DNA from: Candidatus Woesearchaeota archaeon
GTDB taxonomy: Archaea; Nanobdellota; Nanobdellia; SCGC-AAA011-G17; JACQNH01
Direction of reading: 5' to 3'
Assembly: GCA_964363105.1 (NCBI GenBank)
Contig: CAYIHC010000036.1
Coordinates: 1-8,797, forward strand
Length of the DNA: 8,797 nt
Below, one piece after another: positions 1 to 5,579 of this stretch. A program made the position numbers and the translations under genes. The notes below the pieces were generated by a model that saw only the letters and a program-made list of their open reading frames with translations, had not been told where the DNA came from and did no database searches. Position 1 is the stretch's first letter. Every line of letters starts with the position of its first letter.

Positions 1-1
1 A

Positions 2-661
2 ATGAAAATTTTGTTTATTCCGACATACGTGAAATTAGATATTTTGCCTAGTTTGAAGAAGGTTAAAATTAAAGAAGAAAGAGTAGGTGTAATAACAACT
101 GCGCAATTTATTGATCAATTGGATTTAATTTGTTCTAATTTGAAAGGGAGTGTTAAAGGCGGGCAGATATTAGGTTGTAATGTTGAAAGTGCCAAAAAAA
201 TTTTAAGTAAAATTGATGCTTTTTTGTATATTGGGTTAGGAATGTTTCATCCTTGGGCTTTGACTGTTTTAAATAAGCCTGTTTATATCTTGAATCCTGA
301 GGCAAAGGAATTTAAAAAAATAAGTGAGAAAGAGATTGAAAAGTATAGGAAAGAGAGAAAAGGTAAAATTTTGAGATTTATGCATGCTGAAACTGTAGGT
401 GTAATTGTAAGCACAAAGCCATTGCAGTATAATATGGAAAAAGCTTTAGAATTAAGAGAGAATATTAAAGGGAAGAAGGTTTATATCTTTGTTTCTGATA
501 ATATAAATGAAGGTCAGTTGGAGAACTTTAAAGGCATTGGTTGTTGGGTTAATACTGCCTGCCCTAGGATTGAAATGGGAAAAATGTTGAATTATTCTGA
601 AATACCTGAAGAATATTTAAAGAAAAAAATTAGTTATAGTTATTTGGAAGGAAGTAAGTGA
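2..661 (+). CDS. dph2: Diphthamide synthase Dph2 (2-(3-amino-3-carboxypropyl)histidine synthase), C-terminal roughly two-thirds; the 5' end is very likely cut by the window edge
   Basis: The translation carries archaeal Dph2 domain-2/3 hallmarks: VGVITTAQF, GQILGCN (cluster Cys), FLYIGLGMFHP, VGVIVSTKP and VNTACPRIE (cluster Cys). Domain 1 with the first cluster Cys is absent and the frame is open to position 2, so the ATG at 2-4 is probably internal. Confidence 0.8.
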   Translation: MKILFIPTYVKLDILPSLKKVKIKEERVGVITTAQFIDQLDLICSNLKGSVKGGQILGCNVESAKKILSKIDAFLYIGLGMFHPWALTVLNKPVYILNPEAKEFKKISEKEIEKYRKERKGKILRFMHAETVGVIVSTKPLQYNMEKALELRENIKGKKVYIFVSDNINEGQLENFKGIGCWVNTACPRIEMGKMLNYSEIPEEYLKKKISYSYLEGSK

Positions 662-1349
662 ACTTAACTTTAAATATTAATCCAGCTATAATTAAAGATA
701 TTAAACTACCGATAATTATTTCATTAAAGGTGTTTGTTTTTAAAAGAATTAAAATTGTGGTTAATAAAAAATAATAAAATATTGTTGAATTCTTTTCTAA
801 AAATTTTACTTTTTTGTAGTTTTCATCAAATTTACTAATTGTTTTGATCTTTCCTTTAATTTTGAAATTTAAAGGATAAAGCCATTTTATCCCTGCAACT
901 GTGAATGAATCCTGCAATAAATGCAAAAAACAACCTAAAAATATTCCAAAACTGAAAAACAATATTGAATTTCTGAAGTAAACTGAGAATATTAAAGTGA
1001 GGATAAACCAGCTTAGAGAGATTATCAAAATACCTAAAAGAGAGTGCCAGAGACCCCTGTGAGAAATGTTTAACTTCCAGAAGAATAATTTTAAAACCAG
1101 AGAGAAAGGCCTCAGAATAAATCTTGTTAATTTCCCTGAGAATCTCAAAATAAAAAAAATAAATTTTTTTAATGGTTTTTTTGATTTAAGGTTTAGTAGA
1201 TAACTGTCATTAGCATCAACTGTGTCGGGCAATAAAGAACCAACAATTAAACCTAAAACTAATAACAACAATGATAGATTTAAGTTGAGAAATTTTATAA
1301 AAGGTGAAACTAATAGTAAAGTGATTAGTATATGATATTTGCCTAGCAT
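630..1349 (-). CDS. Polytopic membrane protein, DUF457/YdjM-like membrane-bound metal-dependent hydrolase
   Basis: 239-aa ORF with an ATG start (cat at 1347-1349 on the + strand). It has several hydrophobic helices. The motifs HRGLWHSLLG and FLHLLQDSFTVAGIKWLYP resemble the His/Asp motifs of the DUF457 family. A TATA-like box lies about 27 nt upstream. Confidence 0.6.
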   Translation of the reverse strand: MLGKYHILITLLLVSPFIKFLNLNLSLLLLVLGLIVGSLLPDTVDANDSYLLNLKSKKPLKKFIFFILRFSGKLTRFILRPFSLVLKLFFWKLNISHRGLWHSLLGILIISLSWFILTLIFSVYFRNSILFFSFGIFLGCFLHLLQDSFTVAGIKWLYPLNFKIKGKIKTISKFDENYKKVKFLEKNSTIFYYFLLTTILILLKTNTFNEIIIGSLISLIIAGLIFKVKFTYFLPNNYN

Positions 1350-1368
1350 TTTGACCTCTTTTTAATGA

Positions 1369-1381
1369 GATAAATTTAAAA
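1369..1381. promoter_or_regulatory. Central A/T box (ataaatttaaaaa) in the 55-nt divergent spacer; candidate shared TATA box for the 1349(-) and 1405(+) genes
   Basis: The box is centred near 1376, about 27 nt from the minus-strand ATG (1349) and about 29 nt from the plus-strand ATG (1405). The same spacing recurs at the other gene starts in this window. Confidence 0.4.
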
Positions 1382-1404
1382 ACTCTTTATATTTAAAGTA
1401 TTTT

Positions 1405-2907
1405 ATGCAAAAAGAGAATAATCTATATACTGAGGTATTAGAGTTAGCATCTAGAAAAAGCATATTTTATCCTTCAAATGAGATTTACAATGCTCCTGCC
1501 GGGTTTTGGAGTTTTGGGCCTATAGGGGAAAGCATAAGAAGGAGAGTGATTGATTTCTGGAGGAAGGAATTTGTTCAAGAAAATGAGATGCTTGAGATAG
1601 ATGGAAGCATTACAATGCCTGAAGAAGTTTTTAAGGCATCTGGACATTTAAGCTCTTTTGTTGATCCTGAAGTTGTATGCAAGAATTGTAAATCAAGATT
1701 TAGGGCTGATAAATTGTTAAGCGAGAAATTAAACAAGATAGTTCCTGAATCTTTAAGTGTAGATGAATTTAATGCAATGATGAAGAAAAATAATATTAAA
1801 TGTTCTTCTTGCAAGGGTGATTTAAGCGATGTTAAAAAGAGCTCTTTAATGGTGCAGAGCAATATACGTGGTGAAAAAAACTTCTATTTAAGACCTGAAG
1901 CGTGTCAATCAATATTTTTAGAGTTTTTGAGAATGACTAAAACAATGAGAGTTACCTTACCTAAAGGAATTGCACAGATTGGAAAAGCATTTAGAAATGA
2001 AATTTCTCCAAGACAATCAATTTTAAGATCTATAGAATTTTCCCAGATGGAAGCTGAGATATTTTTTAATCCTGAAAAAATAAATGATATAGAAGATTTT
2101 AAATTAATTGAGAATTATAAATTAAGAATATTAAGAGTTGATAAAAAAGAGATAGAAGAAATAAACTGTAAGGATTTAGTTCAGAAAAAAATTATCTCTG
2201 GGGAACTACCTTGTTATTTTTTAGCTAAAGAGCAACAATTTTATGAAAAACTTGGGATACCTAAAGATAAAATGAGATTCAGGGAACTAAACAAAGATGA
2301 CAGGGCTTTTTATTCGAAAGAAAGCTTTGACTTTGAGGTTTTAACTTCTGTTGGATGGCTGGAGTTAAGTGCTAATAACAATAGGCAAGATCACGATCTA
2401 AAGGGGCATTCGGATGGAAGTAAGCAGGACTTAAGTTTTAGTGATGATGGGAAGAAATTTATTCCTCACATATTTGAGGTTTCTATCGGTGTGGATAGAA
2501 GCTTGTATGCTATTTTAGAATTAAGCTTTATCAAGGAAAAAGAAAGAAATGTTTTAAAATTAAATCCAAGATTAAGCCCTTATGATTGTGCTGTATTTCC
2601 TTTGGTGAATAAGGACGGAATGGATTTAGAGGCTAAGAAACTTGTTAAAATACTAAGAGACAATTTGTATGAGGTTTTTTATGATGATAGTGGAAGTGTA
2701 GGAAGAAGATACAGAAGAATGGATGAGGTAGGTGTTAAGGTTTGTGTTACTGTTGATGGTGAAACTTTAAAAGATAAAACAGTTACTCTTAGAGATAGAG
2801 ATTCAATGAAACAAGTAAGAATTAAAATTGATGAGTTAAGCTGCGTATTGAATCAGATGATTTGTTTTGATAAAGAATTAAAAGAATTTGGAAAGGTGAT
2901 TAATTGA
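1405..2907 (+). CDS. glyS: Glycyl-tRNA synthetase, archaeal/eukaryotic alpha2 type (class II)
   Basis: N-terminal SIFYPSNEIYNAPAGFWSFGPIGE, class II motif 2 region YLRPEACQSIFLEF...GKAFRNEISPR, motif 3 region SIGVDRSLYAILE, and an anticodon-binding domain (LSPYDCAVFPLV...YDDSGSVGRRYRRMDEVGV). A CxxC...CxxC insertion (CKNCKSRFRADKL...CSSCKG) is present. At 500 aa it is compact. Confidence 0.95.
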   Translation: MQKENNLYTEVLELASRKSIFYPSNEIYNAPAGFWSFGPIGESIRRRVIDFWRKEFVQENEMLEIDGSITMPEEVFKASGHLSSFVDPEVVCKNCKSRFRADKLLSEKLNKIVPESLSVDEFNAMMKKNNIKCSSCKGDLSDVKKSSLMVQSNIRGEKNFYLRPEACQSIFLEFLRMTKTMRVTLPKGIAQIGKAFRNEISPRQSILRSIEFSQMEAEIFFNPEKINDIEDFKLIENYKLRILRVDKKEIEEINCKDLVQKKIISGELPCYFLAKEQQFYEKLGIPKDKMRFRELNKDDRAFYSKESFDFEVLTSVGWLELSANNNRQDHDLKGHSDGSKQDLSFSDDGKKFIPHIFEVSIGVDRSLYAILELSFIKEKERNVLKLNPRLSPYDCAVFPLVNKDGMDLEAKKLVKILRDNLYEVFYDDSGSVGRRYRRMDEVGVKVCVTVDGETLKDKTVTLRDRDSMKQVRIKIDELSCVLNQMICFDKELKEFGKVIN

Positions 2908-4016
2908 CTGTAAACTGGAAATTGATTTTAGGTATCTTGTTTTTGGTTATTATTTTAATATTTATTCTTACCTTTAAATCCAATAAAGAGGTTGTGAAAA
3001 TCGGTGCGGTTTTACCATTAACTGGGAAAGGGGCCCCTTACGGAGAAGAGTGGGGGAATGCAATTTTAATGGCTGTTGAGGATCTTAATGCTGATGGGGG
3101 TGTTAATGGTAAACTCTTGGAGGTTGTTATAGATGACAGCAAAACTGAAAATGCAGTTGCTGTGACCTCTATGACTAAATTGGTAAATGTAGATAATGTT
3201 AAGATTGTTTTTAGTGGCTTAAGCGGTCCTGTTGCAGCAGTAGCACCTGTCGCTGAAGAGAATAAGGTTATATTATTTGGGGTAACTACTGCAACCAATT
3301 GGGCTTTGGAAAATGAGTATTCTTTTAAGGATTACACAGATATAGCTTTGGAATGTAAATTTTTAGGGGAGAAAGTAAAGGGTAAAAAAATTGCTTTTAT
3401 CGGTGTCAATGTTGATACAACTTTGGATTGTATAAATAGCCTGAAGAATGAGGGTGTAGACTTAGTCTATGAACTGTATACAAAGGAGGATAATGATTTT
3501 CGAAGCCAGATTACGAAGGTAAAGGATAGTGGGGCAGATTTCATAATGATAAGACCCCTTAAGGCTGAGTTTTTGATATTAATAAAACAAATGAAGGAAT
3601 TAGAATTTACTCGACCGTTGATTTGCCCGACTTTACGGCTTACTGGTTGCGATACTAAGGAGTTTATAGAAATAGGAAAAGAGTTTTTAAACGGAGGGAT
3701 AGCAAGCGGATTTTATGTAGATAGAGATAATCCAAAAGTAAGCCAATTTTTTAATAGATATAAAGAGAAATTTGGCAAGGAATTAACAGGAGATGGGATA
3801 TTCGTTTATGATGATGTTAAACTCCTAGGAAAAGTTTTAGAGATTTGTGATAAGACGGGAAATATAGCTGATACGACTTGCCTTAAAGAGGAAATAAAAG
3901 GGCATAGTTTTGATTCTATTGCTGGAAAAGAAAAGCTAAAGTTTGATGATAAAGGTGTAGCAAGTCGAGAAGTAGCCTTATTTAAATTTGAAAACGGTAG
4001 TTGGGTAATAAATTAA
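2904..4016 (+). CDS. Type-1 periplasmic-binding-fold solute-binding protein (LivK/branched-chain amino acid ABC substrate-binding-like) with an N-terminal membrane anchor
   Basis: N-terminal hydrophobic helix (LILGILFLVIILIFILTF), followed by the typical VKIGAVLPLTGKGAPYGEEWGNAILMAVEDLNADGGVNGKLLEVVIDDSKT signature of Peripla_BP_6-type proteins. The only in-frame start before the anchor is TTG at 2904, which overlaps the glyS TGA (TTGA). Confidence 0.8.
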   Translation: MTVNWKLILGILFLVIILIFILTFKSNKEVVKIGAVLPLTGKGAPYGEEWGNAILMAVEDLNADGGVNGKLLEVVIDDSKTENAVAVTSMTKLVNVDNVKIVFSGLSGPVAAVAPVAEENKVILFGVTTATNWALENEYSFKDYTDIALECKFLGEKVKGKKIAFIGVNVDTTLDCINSLKNEGVDLVYELYTKEDNDFRSQITKVKDSGADFIMIRPLKAEFLILIKQMKELEFTRPLICPTLRLTGCDTKEFIEIGKEFLNGGIASGFYVDRDNPKVSQFFNRYKEKFGKELTGDGIFVYDDVKLLGKVLEICDKTGNIADTTCLKEEIKGHSFDSIAGKEKLKFDDKGVASREVALFKFENGSWVIN

Positions 4017-4285
4017 ATTTGTATTAATTGTTTTTTTCTTATCTTGTATAAGCCTTCAATGAAATCGGTTCCTGCATAGCCTGCTAATAAGGATAATTTT
4101 AAATCTGTTGGGAAGAATAAACCTGCAAATAAGCCAATAATTCCCGATGCTATTAATGTGAATAAAATTGCTTGAAGTTTAAAACCTTTAATTTTAGGAT
4201 CTAATTTATATTTTAAGAAGCCGACACAAGCACGTGCTAAACCACCAATAAAACCGAATAAGGCTGCTTGTAAATAAGGTTCCAT
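4013..4285 (-). CDS. Small hydrophobic membrane protein (2-3 predicted helices), function unknown
   Basis: 90-aa ORF with an ATG start (cat 4283-4285). It has Gly/Ala-rich hydrophobic segments (ALFGFIGGLARACVGFL, ILFTLIASGIIGLFAGLFF). An A/T box at 4304-4315 lies about 25 nt upstream. Its stop codon overlaps the stop of the convergent gene (TTAA, 4013-4016). Confidence 0.55.
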   Translation of the reverse strand: MEPYLQAALFGFIGGLARACVGFLKYKLDPKIKGFKLQAILFTLIASGIIGLFAGLFFPTDLKLSLLAGYAGTDFIEGLYKIRKKQLIQI

Positions 4286-4303
4286 AAATTTGGTTGTTTT
4301 TGA

Positions 4304-4315
4304 ATATTAATAAAG
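4304..4315 (-). promoter_or_regulatory. TATA-like box for the minus-strand gene starting at 4285
   Basis: atattaataaag on the + strand, centred about 25 nt upstream of the minus-strand ATG. Confidence 0.35.
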
Positions 4316-4333
4316 ATTTTGATGATACAGAAG

Positions 4334-4342
4334 TTTTATAAA
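4334..4342 (+). promoter_or_regulatory. TATA box (ttttataaa) for the ORF starting at ATG 4365
   Basis: Centred about 27 nt upstream of ATG 4365. The motif is near-identical to the boxes upstream of tRNA-Ala (4863-4871) and the 6920 gene (6890-6897). Confidence 0.5.
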
Positions 4343-4364
4343 TTTCTGCTTTTTGTTTTTGTTT

Positions 4365-4862
4365 ATGTCACAAGGTAAACCGGGAAGGCTCGAGATGGAG
4401 TTTATGCAAAGGCCATTTATGACTCATAGGGTGCAAAAAGAAAACTTTTCTTTGTATAATGATGGTTATTTTAATTATGATCGTCTGGATTTTGAATTAC
4501 AACTTGCGAGGGCCGTTGCTTTTAAAGAACTAAGGGGGAAGAAGGGGTGGGTGGAAACAATGGCAATGTTTTTTCTTGATACTGCAGACAGCGATGATGG
4601 GTCATGGAAGAAATTTTTGGGTGGTAAAGGTGAGAAAAAACTAATTGAATATGGTAATAATTATAATGCTGTTGAAACTTATTTGATGAGGGTTATGGGT
4701 GGGAGAAATCCTGAAAAATTTACCAGTCTTACAATAGGGAACTTGGGAAACATAGTTTATGTTCCTTTCGGGAGACCAAGAGATTTCCCTGTTGCTGATT
4801 TTGAGCTTCTTGTTGGAAAAGTATGCGCTAGTGTTACAGGATATGCGCTTTTTATTAGATGA
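4365..4862 (+). CDS. Hypothetical soluble protein (165 aa), no family recognised
   Basis: Long open frame with coding-like composition. I prefer ATG 4365 (MSQGKPGRLEMEF...) over the track's TTG 4353, because the TATA box sits 27 nt upstream of 4365. Confidence 0.6.
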   Translation: MSQGKPGRLEMEFMQRPFMTHRVQKENFSLYNDGYFNYDRLDFELQLARAVAFKELRGKKGWVETMAMFFLDTADSDDGSWKKFLGGKGEKKLIEYGNNYNAVETYLMRVMGGRNPEKFTSLTIGNLGNIVYVPFGRPRDFPVADFELLVGKVCASVTGYALFIR

Positions 4863-4871
4863 TTTTATAAA
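4863..4871 (+). promoter_or_regulatory. TATA box (ttttataaa) for tRNA-Ala
   Basis: Centred about 28 nt upstream of tRNA position 1 (4895). It begins 1 nt after the upstream stop codon. Confidence 0.5.
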
Positions 4872-4954
4872 CACAATAACTTTTTCTTTTTTATGGGCCG
4901 GTAATTCAGTCCGGTAGAATGCTCGGCTGGCAGTCGAGATGCCTCGGGTTCAAA

Positions 4955-5043
4955 AGAGTTTTCTTTTAAGAAAAGAAACCTCGTAAAGAAAAAAGAAATT
5001 TCTTTTTCCGTGTTTTTCTTTTTGAAAGAAAAAGCTCTGAAAG
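4955..5043 (+). other. tRNA-Ala intron (89 nt), bulge-helix-bulge bounded, position 59/60
   Basis: The central 4-bp helix is ttca (4949-4952) with tgaa (5038-5041). It is flanked by the 3-nt bulges aaa (4953-4955) and agt (5042-5044). The outer helix is the T-stem. The inner helix pairs gagtttt (4956-4962) with aaagctc (5031-5037), read 5'-3'. Cutting after the second bulge nucleotide on each side gives 4954|4955 and 5043|5044. Confidence 0.8.
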
Positions 5044-5045
5044 TC
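5012..5045 (+). repeat. 34-nt stretch identical to 6778-6811 (3' end of the intron plus the first two 3'-exon nucleotides)
   Basis: gtttttctttttgaaagaaaaagctctgaaagtc occurs at both loci. The upstream 12-mer tttctttttccg (4999-5010 and 6764-6775) is also shared. So is tttcttttRAGaaaagaaa (4960-4978 and 6728-6746). Confidence 0.95.
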
Positions 5046-5062
5046 CCGACCGGTCCACAACC

Positions 5063-5070
5063 TTTTTTTT
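5063..5070 (+). terminator. T8 tract, likely archaeal transcription terminator for tRNA-Ala
   Basis: tttttttt begins 6 nt after the discriminator base. Oligo-T tracts act as archaeal termination signals. Confidence 0.5.
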
Positions 5071-5199
5071 AACAAAGAAACTCGAATGGCTTCTGTTCCA
5101 ATACACAGGAAACCTTGAGAAAAGAAAAAGCGTTGAAAAATGGGTTTGGTCATTCATAAGGCTTTTAATTCAAATTTAACTGGTAATTTTTGATGAAAT

Positions 5200-5541
5200 A
5201 TGAGTAAATGGTTTAAGAATTATACTGGAGATTATCTTGGAACTTATGTTCTTTCAGGTTTGACAATAATATATTTTTCAGCTGCGGCTAGCTTGTTCTT
5301 GTCGGGTTGTAAACTTTATCAGAACAATAGCGAGCAAAGACCTATTCCTGTTAAGTCAATCCCAATTAGGGAAAGAAATAAATCCAATTTAATAGAACAA
5401 ATGCCTACACCTATTGAAGAACCTAAGCAATGGGAAAATAAACCAGTTCCACGAAAATCAGTTCCTGTAGATGATGATTTTGAAGAATCTGTTGAACCTG
5501 CTTTCGCAAAAAATGGTTTTAGACTCGAGTTTAGGATTTGA
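5200..5541 (+). CDS. Hypothetical lipobox-containing, membrane-anchored protein with a Pro-rich tail
   Basis: ATG start. A hydrophobic segment ends in LFLSGC (lipobox-like L-S-G-C). The repeated motif P-[IV]-P-x-K-S-[IV]-P appears as PIPVKSIP and PVPRKSVP. An A/T box (aaatttaa, 5172-5179) lies about 25 nt upstream. Confidence 0.5.
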   Translation: MSKWFKNYTGDYLGTYVLSGLTIIYFSAAASLFLSGCKLYQNNSEQRPIPVKSIPIRERNKSNLIEQMPTPIEEPKQWENKPVPRKSVPVDDDFEESVEPAFAKNGFRLEFRI

Positions 5542-5548
5542 TAGAAAC

Positions 5549-5556
5549 TTATTTAA
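5549..5556 (+). promoter_or_regulatory. TATA-like box (ttatttaa) for the HIT gene
   Basis: Centred about 27 nt upstream of ATG 5580. Confidence 0.4.
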
Positions 5557-5579
5557 GTTGACTTAATTTGAATTTTTGT

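Larger units (their letters stand above)
4895..5057 (+). tRNA. tRNA-Ala(GGC) interrupted by an 89-nt intron in the T-loop (between positions 59 and 60)
   Basis: Hand-folded cloverleaf. Acceptor gggccgg (4895-4901) pairs with ccggtcc (5050-5056), including G3:U70, with A73 at 5057. D-arm is attc/gaat with a GG loop. Anticodon stem is ctcgg/tcgag and the loop is c-t-GGC-a-g (anticodon 4929-4931). T-stem is tcggg (4944-4948) with cccga (5045-5049). The T-loop ttcaaa (4949-4954) plus t (5044) gives TTCAAAT after the intron is removed. No CCA is encoded. Confidence 0.85.

Noticed and set aside
1575-1862. 95-aa minus-strand ORF inside glyS. The same applies to 3038..3298(-), 4641..4874(-), 6095..6310(+) and 6385..6645(+).
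   Set aside because: These are antisense shadow ORFs, each lying wholly or almost wholly within a confidently assigned gene on the opposite strand (two of them run a few nt to ~85 nt into flanking spacer). They have low-complexity or hydrophobic artefact composition and no recognisable motifs.
4353-4364. TTG start codons used by the ORF track at 4353, 5568 and 8587
   Set aside because: Each lies too close to the upstream TATA-like box for archaeal initiation spacing. The next in-frame ATG fits the spacing of about 27 nt. For HIT and eS17 the ATG also gives the family-typical N-terminus.
4955-5043. C/D-box or H/ACA guide RNA hosted in the intron, as in some archaeal tRNA-Trp introns
   Set aside because: A CUGA (5037-5040) is present, but it is part of the BHB junction. 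There is no RUGAUGA C box, no C'/D' pair and no ACA/H-box arrangement in either intron.
4955-5043. MITE or IS insertion that has inactivated two tRNA genes (tRNA pseudogenes), or a homing-endonuclease intron
   Set aside because: There are no terminal inverted repeats or target-site duplications at the junctions. Both insertions sit at the identical tRNA position within correct 3-4-3 BHB geometry, and their removal regenerates a canonical T-loop. At 88-89 nt they are too short to encode any protein.
4950-5157. Two overlapping minus-strand ORFs from the track (4950..5153, 67 aa; 4966..5157, 63 aa)
   Set aside because: They lie antisense to tRNA-Ala and its intron. They are low-complexity F/K-rich translations of the U/A-rich intron arms and have no promoter spacing. 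The + strand is fully explained by the tRNA.
5191-5199. tgatgaaat just upstream of ATG 5200 as a C box of a C/D sRNA
   Set aside because: There is no matching D box or terminal stem nearby. It sits between the putative TATA box and the start codon of the 5200 ORF, so it is most simply part of that gene's promoter or initiation region.
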